Positions 61,217 to 64,000 of a stretch of 64,000 bases of DNA are shown here, piece by piece. The notes beneath the pieces are model-generated. The model was not told the origin of the DNA. It saw only the letters and a list, made by a program, of their open reading frames with translations, and ran no database searches. Every line of letters starts with the position of its first letter. Within the stretch, counting starts at the first letter, position 1. This stretch comes from Pyrodictiaceae archaeon (GTDB taxonomy: Archaea > Thermoproteota > Thermoprotei_A > Sulfolobales > Pyrodictiaceae), in NCBI GenBank assembly GCA_027036135.1, contig JALVSY010000007.1, positions 1,173,480-1,237,479 of the forward strand, in the 5' to 3' direction. Position numbers and translations under genes: made by a program.

Positions 61217-61495
61217 GTGCCCGGAACTAGTGTTAAGCTCGATTCCGCTGCTAAGAGGCTCTTAGAGGAGTTACAAGCTAGGATACTGCTTGAGACGGGG
61301 ATGCGTTATCGGTTACAAGACATACTTGCCGCTGCACTGAGGCTTGCTGCGAGGAGAAGAGACGAGATAGTTGCTGAGTTGCAGGGCGGCTGGAAGCCAC
61401 TAAGCCCAGAGGAAGCAGAGAAGCTCCTAGAAGAGTATAGCTTCGAGGGCCCCAGGGAGGCCTCTAAGGAAATAGACAAGGTGCTATATGGTTGA
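61217..61495 (+). CDS. vapB: VapB-type antitoxin
   Basis: TSVKL...LEELQARI...EIDKVLYG; TTGA overlap with the PIN gene. Confidence 0.8.
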   Translation: MPGTSVKLDSAAKRLLEELQARILLETGMRYRLQDILAAALRLAARRRDEIVAELQGGWKPLSPEEAEKLLEEYSFEGPREASKEIDKVLYG

Positions 61496-61902
61496 GCATA
61501 CTCATAGACACGGGGGTAATAGTTGCTGCCTTTAATCGTAGAGATCGCTATCACTACTGGGCTAGGAGACAAGTAAAGCAAGTCCTAGAGGGCCAGTGAG
61601 GCCCATCCTATATCACAGACTACATAGTTGACGAGGTATTATCCTATGCTGCTGCAAGACTAGGGAGGGAGCCAGGACTAAAACTTGGCAAACTACTGCT
61701 GGAGCACAGACTCTTCCACATAATACCTGTTACGCTAGACACCGTCCTAGATGCATGGACTCTATACCAGCGCCACGCACCAAGCCTAAGCTTCACAGAC
61801 GCAACAAGCCTGGTAATAGCCAAGACCTACGACATAGACTACATAATCACATTAGACGAGCCACTAGCTCGCTTACATCCAAGCATAATTCCGACGCAGT
61901 AA
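61492..61902 (+). pseudogene. vapC: PIN toxin with in-frame TGA at 61597 (missed by the ORF track)
   Basis: MSILIDTGV..DRYH..EGQ*GPSYITDYIVDE..LSFTDATS..ITLD. Confidence 0.85.
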
Positions 61903-62017
61903 TCATGTATTGAAGAGCCCTAAAAACGCTAACATCATTGGTTGTTCCTCTATCTAGTCTTGCAATAAAGTATTGTTCTATATCTCTCATGCACCTCTAC
62001 TGCGCGGGGAGTGGCCT

Positions 62018-62929
62018 TTGGAACTTGGCTTGGTGTTTCTCGGCTCGTCGGCTGCGGTTCCTACTAGGAATCGTGGCTTGCCGGGGATAGTTGTTGTGTA
62101 CCGGGGCTCCCTCGTATTGCTCGATGCTGGTGAGGGGACTCAGGCTAGGCTCGTGTTGGCTGGTCTTAGCCCGTTAAAGATAGCCGCTATACTCATTACT
62201 CATCTTCACGGGGACCATGTGTTTGGGTTGCCTGGGCTACTCCAGTCCATGGCCATGCTTGGTAGGAGGAGTCTCCTCCTAGTAGCTGGGCCCCGGGGCC
62301 TCTATGGGTTCTTGCGCGAGGTTTTCAGGTACACTGCTTGGCTCCCACCCTTCCCCCTCTATGTGGCTGAGCTCGCTCCATGGGAGAAGCTTAGGCTGCC
62401 TAACGGGTTCAAGGCCATAGCCTTCCCAGTTGATCATGGCGCTGTGCCTGCCCTGGGTTACCGGCTCGTGGAGCCTCCTAGGAGGCCCCGGATCAGCCTC
62501 GAGAAGGCCAAGAAGCTTGGCCTCCGCCCCGGCCCCCTCTTCTCCAGGCTTCAGCGCGGCGAGCCAGTAGTCGTGGATGGGAGGCTTATTCGCCCAGAGG
62601 AAGTAGTCGAGGAGCAACCGAGGACCATAATCGTCTACACCGGGGATACGCGGCCAACGGGGAGCACCGTGGAGGCTGCTAGGGGCGCCACGGTTCTCAT
62701 CCACGACGCGACCTTCACAAGCAACATGGCGAGAGAGGCCCACGAACAGGGACACAGCACTGCTAGAGACGCTGCCATAGTGGCTAGCCAGGCGGGAGCA
62801 AAGATACTAGTACTCTACCACATAAGCGCGCGCTACGACGACCCAGAACCCCTACTCAGAGAAGCAAGGACGTATCATCCACGCGTGGTTGTCGCAGAGG
62901 ACTTGTTGAGCCTGGTACTCCGCCCCTAA
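62018..62929 (+). CDS. rnz: Ribonuclease Z
   Basis: FLGSSAAVP, DAGEG, THLHGDH, GP exosite, TGDT, HDATF, GHST, HISARY. Confidence 0.95.
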   Translation: MELGLVFLGSSAAVPTRNRGLPGIVVVYRGSLVLLDAGEGTQARLVLAGLSPLKIAAILITHLHGDHVFGLPGLLQSMAMLGRRSLLLVAGPRGLYGFLREVFRYTAWLPPFPLYVAELAPWEKLRLPNGFKAIAFPVDHGAVPALGYRLVEPPRRPRISLEKAKKLGLRPGPLFSRLQRGEPVVVDGRLIRPEEVVEEQPRTIIVYTGDTRPTGSTVEAARGATVLIHDATFTSNMAREAHEQGHSTARDAAIVASQAGAKILVLYHISARYDDPEPLLREARTYHPRVVVAEDLLSLVLRP

Positions 62930-63039
62930 CAGGCACCGAGACTACTAAAACATAATTGCTCATTACGTACTAGTGGTTATTGAGCAAACATTTTACCAAG
63001 AACCAGGAGGGTATAAGATTCCTACGTGGGGCCCTGAGC

Positions 63040-63528
63040 TTGAGCCAAGCAGCTATTGTTGTCCGTGGACGCCTTGCTCGCCGCGTACGCGAGGAGGCAG
63101 AGAAGCAGGGTCTCAGCATCGAGGAGTACCTTGTAGAGCTTCTCAGCCAGGGCCTTGACCCCCGGGACCGGGCCCGCGAATATATTGAGGCTGCAAAGGA
63201 GTTGCTGAACCAGGCCAAGGAGGAGCTTAGTAAGGGCGACGTGCGACAAGCTGCCGAGAAGCTCTGGGGCGCCACAGCACTAGCTATCAAGGCCTATGCC
63301 TGGCTAAGAGAGGGGCGAAGACTCGTAAGCCACGGAGAGCTATGGGAATACACTGATAAGCTTGGAGACGCGCTCGGAGAATGGGTTTATGATTCCTGGA
63401 ACGCCGGGAATAGTATGCATACATGTTTCTACGAGGGATGGTGCCGGAGAAAACATGTAGAGCAAGCACTGAAGAGGGTTGAAAGACTGGTAAGAAAGAT
63501 AGCTGAAATAATTGAAAACCCTAACTAG
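63040..63528 (+). CDS. PaREP1 family protein
   Basis: QAAEKLWGA..LAIKA, SHGELW, MHTCFYE. Confidence 0.88.
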   Translation: MSQAAIVVRGRLARRVREEAEKQGLSIEEYLVELLSQGLDPRDRAREYIEAAKELLNQAKEELSKGDVRQAAEKLWGATALAIKAYAWLREGRRLVSHGELWEYTDKLGDALGEWVYDSWNAGNSMHTCFYEGWCRRKHVEQALKRVERLVRKIAEIIENPN

Positions 63529-64000
63529 CCAGAATTAAACTTGCCCCAATTAATCATCACAAACTATTACGCTTGATAATACGTAATCGATGTACTCCTT
63601 GCCCTATAACCTGTATTAATGTCGTAGCTCTACATTCTCTTCCTCGCCAAGATACTGGTTTTACTACCACAAGATATCTACGACGTTGTGAACTCATGCT
63701 TGTATTTCTCCCGGTATTGCTATATACAATAATATGCTAGGCTATCCTCTAGTAAAGAGAAATGCTTTATAATAATGTAAAGCCAGCTCAGCCAGCCATT
63801 GTAGAGAGAATACACATTACTTTACAGATAGATAAATGTATTAATAACCGGGAACACGATCTACAATGACTACGGGCTTCAAGTCAGTGAAGGACAAGAT
63901 GTAATGAGTATGGCTTCCTTATTCAGATGAACAAGAGAACATGCGGAGAAGGAGGCGTTGATGGCTGGGAAGGGGTGGGGTTGGGGGCGGTCCCGAGTGG

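Noticed and set aside
47352-61599. Selenocysteine or genome-wide TGA recoding
   Set aside because: TGA terminates intact genes here (e.g. 14929, 36110), the affected proteins are not selenoprotein families, and no SECIS was seen
63529-63950. AT-rich stretch as a CRISPR leader or gene
   Set aside because: No long ORF and no adjacent repeats visible; may be decayed sequence or a promoter region
1-64000. CRISPR array, tRNA, rRNA, transposase or integrase
   Set aside because: I found no regularly spaced repeat-spacer units, complete cloverleaf, rRNA sequence or recombinase motifs by eye
63960-64000. G-rich end (GGGGGCGGTCCCGAGTGG) as the edge of a structural RNA gene
   Set aside because: Plausible but cut by the window edge, with too little sequence to identify

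Overview
Chromosomal segment of a GC-rich hyperthermophilic crenarchaeon. Gene content and the heavy CTA/ATA/AGG codon use suggest Desulfurococcales, probably Pyrodictiaceae-like; this is an inference. Housekeeping genes include ribK, AlaX, bcp, the porGDAB-type 2-oxoacid oxidoreductase operon, prs, RNase Z and acylaminoacyl peptidase. Most notable is an 8-gene cluster (30709-38239). Its core is a TerY-P-like triad (vWA protein, Ser/Thr kinase, PP2C phosphatase), embedded among Roadblock/LC7, SRPBCC-like, PATAN/DUF2226-like, zinc-ribbon, TusA-like and degenerate di-iron (ODP/MBL) domain proteins. It looks like an uncharacterised phospho-signalling or defence module. Also present: a toxin-antitoxin-rich region (52974-63528) in which a T4 Rnl1-type RNA ligase sits between inactivated toxins; three candidate box C/D guide sRNAs, two with recognisable rRNA-complementary guides; several palindromic operators; a secreted C25 peptidase; a GT2/GT-C pair; about seven single-base frameshifts (possibly sequencing errors); three in-frame TGA codons; and a kb-scale saw-tooth strand skew. 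All domain calls come from motif recognition by eye, not from database searches.
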